A DNA stretch of 64,000 nt, from contig CAZTXB010000002.1 of the NCBI GenBank assembly GCA_964617955.1, forward strand, positions 67,457 to 131,456, given 5' to 3'. How positions within the stretch are numbered: position 1 is the first letter of the stretch; every line of letters starts with the position of its first letter. Source of the DNA: an uncultured Chitinophaga sp. (GTDB lineage Bacteria > Bacteroidota > Bacteroidia > NS11-12g > UBA9320). The translations under genes and the position numbers were made by a program. This document shows, piece after piece, positions 38,696-49,199 of this stretch. A model generated the notes under the pieces. The model saw only the letters and a program-made list of their open reading frames with translations, was not told the origin of the DNA and searched no databases.

Positions 38696-41600
38696 CTAGT
38701 TTCTTAAAATGGAAATCTTCCCGAGCCAGGACCTTCCATCAGAAAAGACGATTCGATAAAGGTAAAATCCGGAAGGCAAATGGTCAAATTGCAATGGATG
38801 AACCGTGTTACCAATAAGCTCCTTTTCTGTACTTATGCCGCCTGTTAAATCCAGAAGTTGAAATGTATAGGTTTCTGTGGGAGAGAGGTCGTTGGCCTGC
38901 ACACTGAACGCACCTTGATTAGGATTTGGATAAACCTTCACACTTTGTGAATAGTTAATGCCTTTAATTCCCAAATGATCCACACTCACAATCTGGCTGC
39001 TGTCGAGGCAAGTACAACCATCAGGATTTCGCATGATCACCCTCACCCTGAATTTTCCATCGTGGGGGAAGGCATGCACTGGAACTGCTGCGTTGCTGAT
39101 GCCGCCACCTTCGAAACTCCATTGGTAAAAGGGATAGGTGGGAATATCGGGTCTAAAAATAAATTCATAGCCGCCGGTTTTGGCTGATGTAATGGTAAAA
39201 CCGCACTTCGGATTTTCATAAATATTCACTGCCTGAGATACACTGTTGCTGCAACCTCCTGCAATGCTTGCGGTAAGTGAGACATTGTAAGTGATGCTGG
39301 CAGTGGTTTTATACTTTTTAACCGGAAGGTACAAAGTGCTGCTGTCTCCATCGCCAAACTTCCAGCGGTAAGTAATTTGTCCGCTGCCTTTGGTTTTATT
39401 GGCAAAAATGACCTCCTGGCCGGCACAAACATCGGTTACATTAAATCCGGCAACCGGCTGAACCAAGACCCGGATAACCTTAGAAAAAGATGTGCTGCAG
39501 CCGTTATCTCCGGTGGCCCATAAATTGACAGTTCGCAATCCAAGGTCAGGACAAGGATGCTTTGGGCTTTTGACTGTTGAGGTAAGACCATCGCCAAAAT
39601 TCCACAGGTATTTTACGGCCACCCCGGGTGGTTCATAAGTGGAATTATAAAACTCAACCGGGTCAAGATTGCAGACCTGTCCCGTGGTAAAGAGGGCTTC
39701 AGGCGAGGGAATAATGGTAATGTTTTTAATGATGGAATCTTTGCAACCAAATTGGCTGGTAGCCAAATATTTGACCGATTTAACGCCGGCAGAGCTGTAT
39801 GAATGGCTTGGGTTCTTGCTGTTGTTTCCGGTCCCATCCCCAAAATTCCAACTATCGCCAAACTTATCTCCGGCGCCAATGGTTGTGAGGTTGGTAAAAA
39901 AGACCATATTTTTACTGCAATTGCCGGTAACTGAAAAATCGGCTTTTGGTTTTAAAAATTGATTGGCATTTTTAATGAGTACTGAAGCACAACCGGTATT
40001 GGACTTCACACTCAGTCGCACCTTATACCCTCCAGCGCTGGCATAGCGGTGAGAGGGGTTGGTTAAATTTGAACTTGCAGAGCCATCACCAAAATCCCAG
40101 GTATAGCTCAGTGAGCCTTTGCCAATGGTGGTTTGATTGATAAAATTAATATCGCTTCCCTCACAGGCATTCGATACCTTGAAAGCTACTTTTGGTATTT
40201 CTGAAATGGTGACACAAAGCGTGGTATCTTTTCTGATATTGTAGGTATGGCTGGTAACCACCAACTTAACACAATAGGTTCCAAAAGTGGCATAAGTGTG
40301 TACCGGAACTTCGTAATTGCTGCTGTCGCCATCGCCAAAGTACCAATTATAGAGCATGCTGCCGGAGGAGAGGGTGGATAGGTTTTCAAATACAATGGGG
40401 GTTCCATCGCAGGCAGGGTTGGTAAATTTGAAATTAACTTTTGGGGTAGGCACAACGCGAAGATGACGCTGTAAGATGGTGTCACAACCGGTATTCTTAT
40501 CCATGGCACTCACACTGAATAAGAGGGTACTGTCTAAGTAGTTTTTTACCCCGGTAAATGAAAAGAGCGCATTGCTACCGGTACTTGTGTTGGGAGGGGT
40601 TAAAGTGTAAAAGGAGGAGGGGACAAGGGTACCGTTTATGGTGTATGCCGTAAAACCTCCAATTATCCATTTGGTATTGTAGTTGTAATTGGTATAGCCT
40701 TTTGGCGGTAGAAGCTCATAGGAATTCACTTTGCCAATTTCCAATAAATCGGCCTGGTAGGCAGTGCCAGCTCTTAGAGTGCCCTGAAAAACGGTTCCTT
40801 TGATGACGTCGGAACCACCCGGGGAGCTTATCACGGTGAGGGTATAAAATGCACTGTCGTTTTTAGCGTCCGGATCTTTGCTCATATTGATGGCCTTGAG
40901 TTTATTGCTCCCGACTACAGAGCTTTTGAAAAGGCTTTTTAAGAGCAAGGTGGTGTCTTTGCCCGGCATCAGTTTTTTTAAAACCACGAACGTATTAATA
41001 GCAGCCTGTCCTGCAAAATCGAGTGACACATTGAACCCGGTGGCGGCCATCGGACCCTTATTTTTGATTTTTAATATGACGTCGGTTCCTCTGTTGGCAC
41101 AGGTGGGATTGGGACTAATGCTTAAATTGCTGAGTTCCAAATCCGGATTGCAGTCCTTATTTAGACAATACGTCACATCATCTACCCAAAACTCAGTACT
41201 TGGATCCATATCAAATATATTGAGATAGGATACAGAATTAATGCTATTCGACCAGGAGCCCATGCTGGCATTATCGATAAATACTTGCCAGTTGTTTTTA
41301 TCAAGGTCAATTTCAACTTTTATTTCGAACCACTTTCCTTGAGGATAATTGCCACTGAGAGGGCCAACCTTGAACTGACCCGCATTGTCCATAAAAAATT
41401 CGAGGGGCCAACTTACCCCAAGCTTATTGCCACCCTGGAAATTAAAATAAGCGGCACTGTCTTTACTCACGTAAAAGTTGGCCGTAAATTTAAAAAAGCC
41501 TGAAGTATATTGGCCTCCAAAGGGCAGCACCACATCTTGTGGTCCGGAGCCGTTATAGGAATGGAAGTAAATGGAATGTGTTCCACTGGCCGCTTTGTTG

Positions 41601-41785
41601 TTCAACACCATGGCATCCTCAGGAGTTCCATCGGCAGCGTTCCAGGTTGTCCATGCTCCGGATTGCGGACCTAAATATTTGTTGACGGTGTAACCCTCAA
41701 AATTATCAATAAAAAGTTGAGAATAACTTTCAAAATAAGATGCAAGTATGAAAAGGAGGGTAATACCCTTTGTTAATTTTTTCAT
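38696..41785 (-). CDS. Secreted multi-PKD-domain protein with a T9SS type-A C-terminal sorting domain
   Basis: At least five W-x-FGDG PKD motifs (WDFGDGS, WNFGDGT, WKFGDGDSS, YNWYFGDGDSS, LWNFGDGLTS). The C-terminus VKVYPNPNQGAFSV...GFYLYRIVFSDG is a CTD. The likely start is MKKLTKG. Confidence 0.75.
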   Translation of the reverse strand: MKKLTKGITLLFILASYFESYSQLFIDNFEGYTVNKYLGPQSGAWTTWNAADGTPEDAMVLNNKAASGTHSIYFHSYNGSGPQDVVLPFGGQYTSGFFKFTANFYVSKDSAAYFNFQGGNKLGVSWPLEFFMDNAGQFKVGPLSGNYPQGKWFEIKVEIDLDKNNWQVFIDNASMGSWSNSINSVSYLNIFDMDPSTEFWVDDVTYCLNKDCNPDLELSNLSISPNPTCANRGTDVILKIKNKGPMAATGFNVSLDFAGQAAINTFVVLKKLMPGKDTTLLLKSLFKSSVVGSNKLKAINMSKDPDAKNDSAFYTLTVISSPGGSDVIKGTVFQGTLRAGTAYQADLLEIGKVNSYELLPPKGYTNYNYNTKWIIGGFTAYTINGTLVPSSFYTLTPPNTSTGSNALFSFTGVKNYLDSTLLFSVSAMDKNTGCDTILQRHLRVVPTPKVNFKFTNPACDGTPIVFENLSTLSSGSMLYNWYFGDGDSSNYEVPVHTYATFGTYCVKLVVTSHTYNIRKDTTLCVTISEIPKVAFKVSNACEGSDINFINQTTIGKGSLSYTWDFGDGSASSNLTNPSHRYASAGGYKVRLSVKSNTGCASVLIKNANQFLKPKADFSVTGNCSKNMVFFTNLTTIGAGDKFGDSWNFGDGTGNNSKNPSHSYSSAGVKSVKYLATSQFGCKDSIIKNITIIPSPEALFTTGQVCNLDPVEFYNSTYEPPGVAVKYLWNFGDGLTSTVKSPKHPCPDLGLRTVNLWATGDNGCSTSFSKVIRVLVQPVAGFNVTDVCAGQEVIFANKTKGSGQITYRWKFGDGDSSTLYLPVKKYKTTASITYNVSLTASIAGGCSNSVSQAVNIYENPKCGFTITSAKTGGYEFIFRPDIPTYPFYQWSFEGGGISNAAVPVHAFPHDGKFRVRVIMRNPDGCTCLDSSQIVSVDHLGIKGINYSQSVKVYPNPNQGAFSVQANDLSPTETYTFQLLDLTGGISTEKELIGNTVHPLQFDHLPSGFYLYRIVFSDGRSWLGKISILRN

Positions 41786-41875
41786 GTTATCTTGAAGGTG
41801 CAATGGACAAATCTAATTCTTAAATCCTTTAAATTCAAGCAGGATTTCTCATGAAGCCAATTACTGACGGGTATT

Positions 41876-43177
41876 TTACTTTCGTCCGGGTTTCATGCGA
41901 TTCATGGTTTTAATCATTTTTCGCATGTCCTCGTATTGCTTCATCAATTTATTTACTTCAACAATGGTGCTGCCACTGCCCATGGCAATTCGCTTTTTTC
42001 TGCTTCCATCAATTATTTCAGGGTTTTGCCGCTCCTTTGGCGTCATGGAATGTATCATGGCCTCGATATTTTTGAAGGAATCGTCAGAGATATCGATGTC
42101 TTTCACGGCTTTTCCGACCCCCGGAATCATTCCCATCAAGTCCTTTAAATTGCCCATTTTTTTGATTTGATTGATTTGTTTTAAGAAATCCTCAAAATTA
42201 AATTCGTTCTTCCTCAGTCTTTTATCGAGTCGTTCAGCTTCCTCAGCATCGAAGGTGAGTTGAGCTTTTTCTACCAGGGAAACGATATCGCCCATACCCA
42301 AAATTCGACTGGCCATGCGGTCGGGATAAAAAATATCCAGAGCCTCAGGCTTTTCACCCATACTTACAAATTTGATCGGTTTATTTACGACCGATTTGAT
42401 AGAAAGTGCGGCTCCACCGCGGGTATCGCCATCCAGCTTGGTAAGCACAACGCCATCAAAATCTAAGCGATCGTTGAAGGCCTTGGCGGTATTTACCGCA
42501 TCCTGACCTGTCATGCTATCCACCACAAAAAGGGTTTCTGAAGGCTGAACCTGTTTTTTGATGTCAGAAATCTCTTTCATCATTTCTTCATCAATACTCA
42601 ATCGCCCGGCAGTATCAATGATGACGATGTCATGTGAAAGAATTCTGGCTTGTTTAATTCCGTTGGCTGCAATCAATTTAGGGTCTTTGTTGTTGTCTTC
42701 AAAATAAACCGGTACGCCTACCAACTGGCCGAGTACCTTAATTTGTTCAATCGCAGCTGGACGATAAACATCACAAGCAATGATGTAAGGACTTCTTCCT
42801 TTGCTTTTAAGGTGATGTGCCAATTTTCCCGTAAAGGTGGTTTTCCCGGAACCTTGCAAGCCTGCAACCAGAATCACAGCCGGACTTCCTTTAATATTGA
42901 TATCGGTTTTCGAGCCCCCTAAAAGCTCTACCATTTCATCATGGACAATTTTGGTCATCAATTGACCCGGTGAGATACTGGTCAGTACGTTTTGCCCGAT
43001 GGCCTTGTCCTTTATACCGCTGGTGAAATCTTTGGCTATTTTAAAGCTTACGTCGGCGTCTAAAAGAGCCCGTCGGATTTCTTTTACTGTTTCGGCAACA
43101 TTTATTTCTGTGATTCTTCCCTGTCCCTTAAGGGTTTTGATAGCCTTTTCAAGCTTGGCACTTAAACTTTCAAACAT
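41876..43177 (-). CDS. ffh: Signal recognition particle protein Ffh
   Basis: MFESLSAKLEKAIKTLKG N-terminus, GLQGSGKTT P-loop, and a Met-rich M domain. Confidence 0.9.
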   Translation of the reverse strand: MFESLSAKLEKAIKTLKGQGRITEINVAETVKEIRRALLDADVSFKIAKDFTSGIKDKAIGQNVLTSISPGQLMTKIVHDEMVELLGGSKTDINIKGSPAVILVAGLQGSGKTTFTGKLAHHLKSKGRSPYIIACDVYRPAAIEQIKVLGQLVGVPVYFEDNNKDPKLIAANGIKQARILSHDIVIIDTAGRLSIDEEMMKEISDIKKQVQPSETLFVVDSMTGQDAVNTAKAFNDRLDFDGVVLTKLDGDTRGGAALSIKSVVNKPIKFVSMGEKPEALDIFYPDRMASRILGMGDIVSLVEKAQLTFDAEEAERLDKRLRKNEFNFEDFLKQINQIKKMGNLKDLMGMIPGVGKAVKDIDISDDSFKNIEAMIHSMTPKERQNPEIIDGSRKKRIAMGSGSTIVEVNKLMKQYEDMRKMIKTMNRMKPGRK

Positions 43178-43359
43178 GGCTGCGAAGTTATGAAGTTATC
43201 TGTTTTTTTTTGAAATGAATTTTTCACTGAGCTGGAATGAATAAACAAAGGACCTCACTTTTGGAGAGGCTCTATACCGGTGATTTTTTGTGCTTAAACC
43301 GGAAAGTGTGGTGTCATGCCATATCATTTGACCAATTTTTTAGAATTTTAAAAAACCCA

Positions 43360-43390
43360 TTTGAATTTTTGATTTTAATAATTACTTTTG
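43360..43390 (+). promoter_or_regulatory. Candidate sigma-A promoter for rplU-rpmA (-33 TTTG, -7 TActTTTG)
   Basis: TTTG at 43360-43363 and TACTTTTG at 43383-43390, 18 nt upstream of the rplU ATG. Confidence 0.3.
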
Positions 43391-43407
43391 CAACCCTTAA
43401 AAAGAAT

Positions 43408-43719
43408 ATGTACGCAATAGTAAATATAGCCGGTCAGCAATTCAAAGTTTCAGAAAATCAGAACCTTTATGTTCATCGCTTACAAAATGAAGAAGGTAGC
43501 TCTGTCGAATTTAACCAGGTGTTATTTGTTGATAATGATGGTAAACTAAAAATTGGAGCCCCTACGGTTAAGGGCGCTTCCGTAAAAGCAAAAGTTTTAT
43601 CGCATTTAAAAGGAGATAAAGTTATTGTTTTCAAAAAGAAACGCAGAAAGGGATACCGTCTTAAGCGCGGTCACAGACAATATTTAACCAGAATTCAAAT
43701 AGAATCTATAAAAGCATAA
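43408..43719 (+). CDS. rplU: 50S ribosomal protein L21
   Basis: MYAIVNIAGQQFKV... The ORF-track N-extension back to 43237 was rejected. Confidence 0.85.
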   Translation: MYAIVNIAGQQFKVSENQNLYVHRLQNEEGSSVEFNQVLFVDNDGKLKIGAPTVKGASVKAKVLSHLKGDKVIVFKKKRRKGYRLKRGHRQYLTRIQIESIKA

Positions 43720-43722
43720 CCC

Positions 43723-43980
43723 ATGGCACATAAAAAAGGAGCAGGCTCGGTAAAAAACGGAAGAGAATCGCATAGCAAACGGTTGGGAGTTAAATTATTC
43801 GGCGGCCAGGCGGCCATTGCTGGTAATATTATTGTTCGTCAACGCGGAACCAAACATCACCCAAGTGAAGGGGTTGGCATAGGAAAAGACCATACCTTGT
43901 TTGCCTTGGTGGACGGAACCGTTACCTTTAAAAAGGGAAGAGACAACAGATCCTTCGTTTCTGTTTTAGAAAAATCCTAA
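43723..43980 (+). CDS. rpmA: 50S ribosomal protein L27
   Basis: [24 protein letters not shown]. Confidence 0.9.
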   Translation: MAHKKGAGSVKNGRESHSKRLGVKLFGGQAAIAGNIIVRQRGTKHHPSEGVGIGKDHTLFALVDGTVTFKKGRDNRSFVSVLEKS

Positions 43981-44032
43981 GCTTTAAAATATTTTAAAAT
44001 GAGCAACCTACGGGTTGCTTTTTTTTTGTCGT

Positions 44033-45139
44033 CTATGGAGCCTTGAGTTTTAAGAGACTCACGATCTTATGAAAAATTTCGGTATTCTCATAAATGCCGG
44101 TAAATTGATCAGCTCCCGGGCCATAGGCAAAAACAGGAACCAGACTTCCGGTGTGGTGGACAGTTGTAAAAGCTCCTTGTACTTTTTTTTCCTTTACCGA
44201 GCCCCCATTTAAAGCATAACCGCCTGTTTCATGATCGGCTGTAACCACAACCAGGGTATTTCCATCCTTTTGTGCCCAATCCAGTACTTTGCCAATGGTG
44301 GCATCAAAGTCGAGCATCTCTGAAATGATGTAATCCGAATTGTTGTCATGGCCTCCCCAATCAATTTGTGAGCCCTCAACTATTAAAAAAAAGCCTGAAT
44401 GGCTTTCGTTTAAAACTTCAACGGCTTTGAGCGACGCTTTTTCACTGTAATTGCCACGACCATCAGTCATACTTAGATTATGGCCGTAATTTGAAAAGGC
44501 GTAAAATTTTGAAGATGCGATATTTTCAAGATTTATGGTACTGTCTAAAACTTCATATCCCTTTTTCCGAAGGGTGTCCAATAAATTTTTTCCATCCTTT
44601 CGGTTAGTAAAGTATCGTTGACCACCACCCATCATCACCTCTAAATCCACGTTGGTAAAATCTTCGGCAATTTCATATTCGAGTTTTCGGTTTTCTGCAT
44701 GTGCTGCAAAGCTGGCCGGCGTGGCATGAGTCATTGCGCAAGTCACCACCATGCCGGTCCGAAGGCCTTTGTTTTCTGCTAATTCAATAAGGGTAGGCTT
44801 AGGATTTTTTAAACTGTCCAAACCTATAGCACCATTGTAGGTTTTTTCACCTATCGAAAATGCCGTTGCGCCAGCAGCGCTGTCGGTGATAAAATTATCG
44901 GAGCTGTTTGTTTTGATGAATCCAATCTTTTTGAATCGCGCCAGGTTTAGGTCACCTTCCTTACACACCAATGCAGCTGAGATTTGAGAGAGGCCCATGC
45001 CATCTCCAATCATGAAAATGACATTCTTTGGTTTTTTTTGGGCATGGCGATCCTGAGCTTTTAAACTTGAAAAGTCGACACACATCAAAAAAATAAACAA
45101 GATAACAAGCCCTAACTTGATTCCTGAGCCATCTGCCAT
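44033..45139 (-). CDS. Alkaline phosphatase (PhoA family)
   Basis: IFMIGDGMGLSQISAA active-site region with the catalytic Ser context, plus a signal peptide. Confidence 0.8.
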   Translation of the reverse strand: MADGSGIKLGLVILFIFLMCVDFSSLKAQDRHAQKKPKNVIFMIGDGMGLSQISAALVCKEGDLNLARFKKIGFIKTNSSDNFITDSAAGATAFSIGEKTYNGAIGLDSLKNPKPTLIELAENKGLRTGMVVTCAMTHATPASFAAHAENRKLEYEIAEDFTNVDLEVMMGGGQRYFTNRKDGKNLLDTLRKKGYEVLDSTINLENIASSKFYAFSNYGHNLSMTDGRGNYSEKASLKAVEVLNESHSGFFLIVEGSQIDWGGHDNNSDYIISEMLDFDATIGKVLDWAQKDGNTLVVVTADHETGGYALNGGSVKEKKVQGAFTTVHHTGSLVPVFAYGPGADQFTGIYENTEIFHKIVSLLKLKAP

Positions 45140-45146
45140 GCAAAGC

Positions 45147-45620
45147 TTATTCTTCGTCATCTTTGGGTTTGTTCTTTATGTAACGAATTTTGTCACGAAC
45201 GATAAAAACATTTTCGAAATTTCTCAGTAAATATTTTTCTACAGGTTTGGCTTCGTCTTCTTTTAGAAAATTACCAACCCTCACCTTGTAATTAGGGGAT
45301 TGGTACACGACGTATATCTCGTCGTAATACTCGGGGTAATACCTCCTCGCTTTATCGCGCATGGCATAGGCCTTCTTTCGGTCGTTGCTGAAAAATACTT
45401 GTACGCGGTAGCCCGGCACATTGAGGGTATCCGGTTTTGCGTCGGCTATTTTTTTGCGCTCATAGCGAACACTCACCACCTCATACAAAGCTGAGTCGAC
45501 AACAACTTCAATTTTGCCTTGTGCATACAGGGGCTTAGCCCCCATACAAGTCAAAAGAATGAACAGAACACCAGCCTTTACAGGATTAAATAGTTTAAAA
45601 TGCTTCATGCCCATTCTCAT
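45147..45620 (-). CDS. SPOR domain-containing protein
   Basis: Signal/TM then a C-terminal YRVQVFF...YKVRVGNF SPOR-like beta-alpha repeat. Confidence 0.55.
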   Translation of the reverse strand: MRMGMKHFKLFNPVKAGVLFILLTCMGAKPLYAQGKIEVVVDSALYEVVSVRYERKKIADAKPDTLNVPGYRVQVFFSNDRKKAYAMRDKARRYYPEYYDEIYVVYQSPNYKVRVGNFLKEDEAKPVEKYLLRNFENVFIVRDKIRYIKNKPKDDEE

Positions 45621-45700
45621 AGTGTTATGTTTATGCTTTTCAAAAATAAGAACTTTGAAATAAAGCTTCTGATTTTATAAAAATTTATCCTCTCTCTGTC

Positions 45701-48700
45701 CTAAGCAAGTTCCTTGCCATGACATTTTTTAAATTTCAAACCGCTACCGCAAGGGCATGGGTCGTTTCGCCCAACTTTTGGCCCGGCTTTTATGGGGTCC
45801 TGGTGAACCCTCTCAGGTGCTGAGCTAGTTATAGCCTGTTGATTGGGAGTAGGGGTGCCCGCATCGTTTCGGGTGGTCTTCATCCTGCTCATATCTGTTC
45901 TTTGTCTCAATTGACGGGCTTCTTTCAGGTCATCTTCATCTGTTCCTGCAATAAACCCCTTAAAGGTCATGGACAAAATCTCATTGTTAAGGGTTGATAA
46001 CATTTCGCCGAAGAGGTTAAAGGATTCCTGTTTGTAAATAAGCAAGGGGTCTTTTTGCTCCAGGTAGGCTGTTGCAACCGCCTGCTTCAGGTCATCTAAC
46101 TCTCTCAAATGCTCTTTCCAATGATCGTCGATGCTTGCAAGGGTGACATATTTTTCAAAATTGCTAATCAGTTCCCTTCCTTCGCTCTCTATGGTTTTGT
46201 TTACATTGGCCACCACATTTAAAGTTTTTACGCCATCGGTAAATGGTACAATGATATTGTCGATTTGTCCATTTTTTTCCATTTGCATGCGCTTGAACAC
46301 ATTAATTGCAGCCTGACGAATGTGCAAGGATTTTTCATGGTAATGGTGATTGAGCAGTTCGAATAATTTTTCAGAGAGTTCCTCGTCTTTTAACTTGCTG
46401 TATTCATCCTCAGTAAATTCCGGTTCGTATGCCAGAATTCTCAATATTTCCATTCTGAAATCTTCGTAAGGCAATGATTCTCTTAACTCGGCTACCTTTT
46501 CAGAACTCAGCTGGAAAAGCATGTTGTTCAAATCCACCGACAACCTGTCACCGAACAATGCATTTTTTCGCAACGAATAGATAACCGTCCTTTGCTTGTT
46601 CATCACATCGTCATACTCCAGCAGTCGTTTTCTTGTCCCGAAATTATTTTGTTCTACTTTTTTCTGTGAGCGTTCAATGGTTTTAGAAATCATGGAATGT
46701 TGTATCACTTCACCCTCCTTGTAACCAAAGCGGTCCATAATTTTTGAAACCCTCTCGCTGCCGAATAATCGCATGAGGTCATCTTCCAGACTTACAAAAA
46801 ATTGCGAACTTCCCGGATCCCCTTGTCGTCCGGCGCGACCTCGTAACTGCCGGTCAACCCTACGACTTTCGTGTCTTTCTGTTCCTATGATCGCCAATCC
46901 ACCGGCTTCTTTCACTCCGGGACCTAATTTTATGTCGGTTCCCCTTCCTGCCATGTTCGTGGCAATGGTTACAGCAGAAGCCTGACCGGCTTCAGCTACA
47001 ATATCGGCCTCTCGTTGATGTTGTTTGGCGTTGAGCACATTGTGTTTGATCTTGCGCATGGAAAGCATTTTTCCAAGCAGCTCCGATATCTCCACAGAAG
47101 TTGTACCCACCAAAACGGGACGTCCTTTGGAAGTTAAATCTACAATTTCCTCAATAACTGCATTGTATTTTTCCCGCTTTGTTTTGTAAACCAAATCTTG
47201 TCTATCGTCTCTGACAATGTGCCTGTTTGAAGGGATGACCACCACATCTAACTTATAAATGGTCCATAATTCTCCCGCTTCTGTTTCGGCTGTACCGGTC
47301 ATACCAGCAAGCTTATGGTACATTCTGAAGAAATTTTGCAAGGTGATGGTGGCAAAAGTTTGCGTAGCATTTTCAACTTTCACATTTTCTTTGGCCTCTA
47401 ATGCCTGATGCAAGCCATCGGAATATCGGCGGCCATCCAGCACACGGCCGGTTTGCTCATCCACAATTTTTATTTTCCCCTCCTGAACAATGTATTCCAC
47501 GTCCCTTTCAAAAAGGGTATAGGCCTTGAGAAGTTGATTAATGGAATGTATGCGCTCCGATTTTATCGAAAATTCTCTCATCAATTCTTCCTTGCGAATT
47601 GCCTTTTCTTTTTCGTCGCCAATTTCCTTTTCAATTTCTGCGATTTCTGAACCCACATCGGGAAGAATGAAGAAATGGGAATCTTCACCTGCCGCGGTTA
47701 TCATTTCGATGCCTTTATCGGTTAATTCAATGCTGTTGTTTTTTTCATCGATTGTGAAATACAACTCAGCGTCGGCTTTGGGCATCTCCCTCTGCTGGTC
47801 GGCAAGGTGATAGCTTTCCGATTTTGTAAAAATCGATTTTATGCCAGTTTCACCCAAATATTTGATGAGCGCTTTATTTTTAGGAAATCCCCTTTGACAA
47901 CGCAATAAGGCTAAACCACCTCCCTTTTCATCACCCGCTTCAATGAGTCGCTTGGCTTCAAGCAAAGCGCCATTCACATATTTTTTTTGTGCCTCTACAA
48001 TTTTCTCAATGCGCGGCTTAAGATGGGCAAATTCATGCTGATCGCCTTTGGGAACCGGACCTGAAATGATTAAGGGCGTTCGGGCGTCGTCTATGAGCAC
48101 CGAGTCCACCTCATCTACCATGGCGAAGTGATGTTTGCGCTGCACCAATTCCTCAGGGTCATGACACATGTTGTCTCTTAAATAGTCGAAACCAAATTCA
48201 TTGTTGGTTCCATAAGTGATATCGGCTTGATAGGCTTTTCTCCTTTCAGGGGAATTGGGTTGATGGTAATCAATACAGTCAACGCTTAACCCGTGAAATT
48301 TGAACAATGGTCCATTCCACTCACAATCTCGTCGGGCCAGGTAATCGTTCACCGTCACAATATGCACACCCCGTCCGCCAATTGCATTGAGGTAAGCCGG
48401 TAAAGTCGAAACCAGAGTTTTTCCTTCACCTGTGGCCATTTCGGCAATTTTTCCGCTATGCAAAACCATTCCACCTATAAGCTGAACATCGTAGTGCACC
48501 ATATTCCATTTTACCCTGAGACCGGCGGCATCCCATTCGTTTTTATAAATGGCTTTTTCTCCTTTTATTTCCAGAAAGTCTTCTTTAATCGCAAGTTCCC
48601 TGTCATGGGCGGTAGCAGTTACTTCAATTTCCTCATTTTCACTGAATCGACGGCTGGTTTCTTTTACCAAAGCAAAGGCTTCAGGCAATAGGTCCTTAAG

Positions 48701-49021
48701 AATTTCTTCGAGCCTTTCATCCTTCTCTTTTTCAAGTTTGTCTATTCGATCATAGACATCCTGTCGTCGGGTAATTTCTTCTGAAAGCAGATTTTCTCCC
48801 TCTTCCTTTAGAGCCGTAATTTGTTGATTTATGTCAGATAAATAGTCTTCAATCCGCTCCTTAAACTCTGCCGTTTTTTGACGAAGGGCATCGTTGGTGA
48901 GAGACCTATAACTTTCATAATGTTGGTTAATTTCCGATACAATTGGCCAAAGATCTTTTACGTCGCGCTGAGATTTATTTCCAAAGAGATTGGTTAAGTT
49001 TTTAACGATGCTTCCTATCAT
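45701..49021 (-). CDS. secA: Preprotein translocase subunit SecA
   Basis: 1106 aa with a DEAD-like motor (MATGEGKT, VDEVDSVLIDDARTPLIISG) and a C-terminal zinc finger CPCGSGLKFKKCHG. Confidence 0.95.
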   Translation of the reverse strand: MIGSIVKNLTNLFGNKSQRDVKDLWPIVSEINQHYESYRSLTNDALRQKTAEFKERIEDYLSDINQQITALKEEGENLLSEEITRRQDVYDRIDKLEKEKDERLEEILKDLLPEAFALVKETSRRFSENEEIEVTATAHDRELAIKEDFLEIKGEKAIYKNEWDAAGLRVKWNMVHYDVQLIGGMVLHSGKIAEMATGEGKTLVSTLPAYLNAIGGRGVHIVTVNDYLARRDCEWNGPLFKFHGLSVDCIDYHQPNSPERRKAYQADITYGTNNEFGFDYLRDNMCHDPEELVQRKHHFAMVDEVDSVLIDDARTPLIISGPVPKGDQHEFAHLKPRIEKIVEAQKKYVNGALLEAKRLIEAGDEKGGGLALLRCQRGFPKNKALIKYLGETGIKSIFTKSESYHLADQQREMPKADAELYFTIDEKNNSIELTDKGIEMITAAGEDSHFFILPDVGSEIAEIEKEIGDEKEKAIRKEELMREFSIKSERIHSINQLLKAYTLFERDVEYIVQEGKIKIVDEQTGRVLDGRRYSDGLHQALEAKENVKVENATQTFATITLQNFFRMYHKLAGMTGTAETEAGELWTIYKLDVVVIPSNRHIVRDDRQDLVYKTKREKYNAVIEEIVDLTSKGRPVLVGTTSVEISELLGKMLSMRKIKHNVLNAKQHQREADIVAEAGQASAVTIATNMAGRGTDIKLGPGVKEAGGLAIIGTERHESRRVDRQLRGRAGRQGDPGSSQFFVSLEDDLMRLFGSERVSKIMDRFGYKEGEVIQHSMISKTIERSQKKVEQNNFGTRKRLLEYDDVMNKQRTVIYSLRKNALFGDRLSVDLNNMLFQLSSEKVAELRESLPYEDFRMEILRILAYEPEFTEDEYSKLKDEELSEKLFELLNHHYHEKSLHIRQAAINVFKRMQMEKNGQIDNIIVPFTDGVKTLNVVANVNKTIESEGRELISNFEKYVTLASIDDHWKEHLRELDDLKQAVATAYLEQKDPLLIYKQESFNLFGEMLSTLNNEILSMTFKGFIAGTDEDDLKEARQLRQRTDMSRMKTTRNDAGTPTPNQQAITSSAPERVHQDPIKAGPKVGRNDPCPCGSGLKFKKCHGKELA

Positions 49022-49199
49022 GTACTCCTGTTAGTTCAAATTGTGTTCCAAAAAAAAATTTTGGCAAATATCGGAGAAAACTTTCAAGAATAGGCGGTAA
49101 AGTTATGGGATAAGCCACCTTTTGAAGTGTGAGAAAGGCTATGAAAAATAACAGAACAAAACGCCTTCACATGCAACTTTAATCTATTTTTGCAGCGGT

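Noticed and set aside
43237-43407. N-terminal 57-aa extension of the rplU ORF
   Set aside because: L21 begins at MYAIVNIAGQQF (43408). The extension has no ribosomal-protein character and overlaps the candidate promoter.
46131-48755. Multiple short plus-strand ORFs across secA
   Set aside because: They are antisense shadows of a highly conserved 1106-aa gene.
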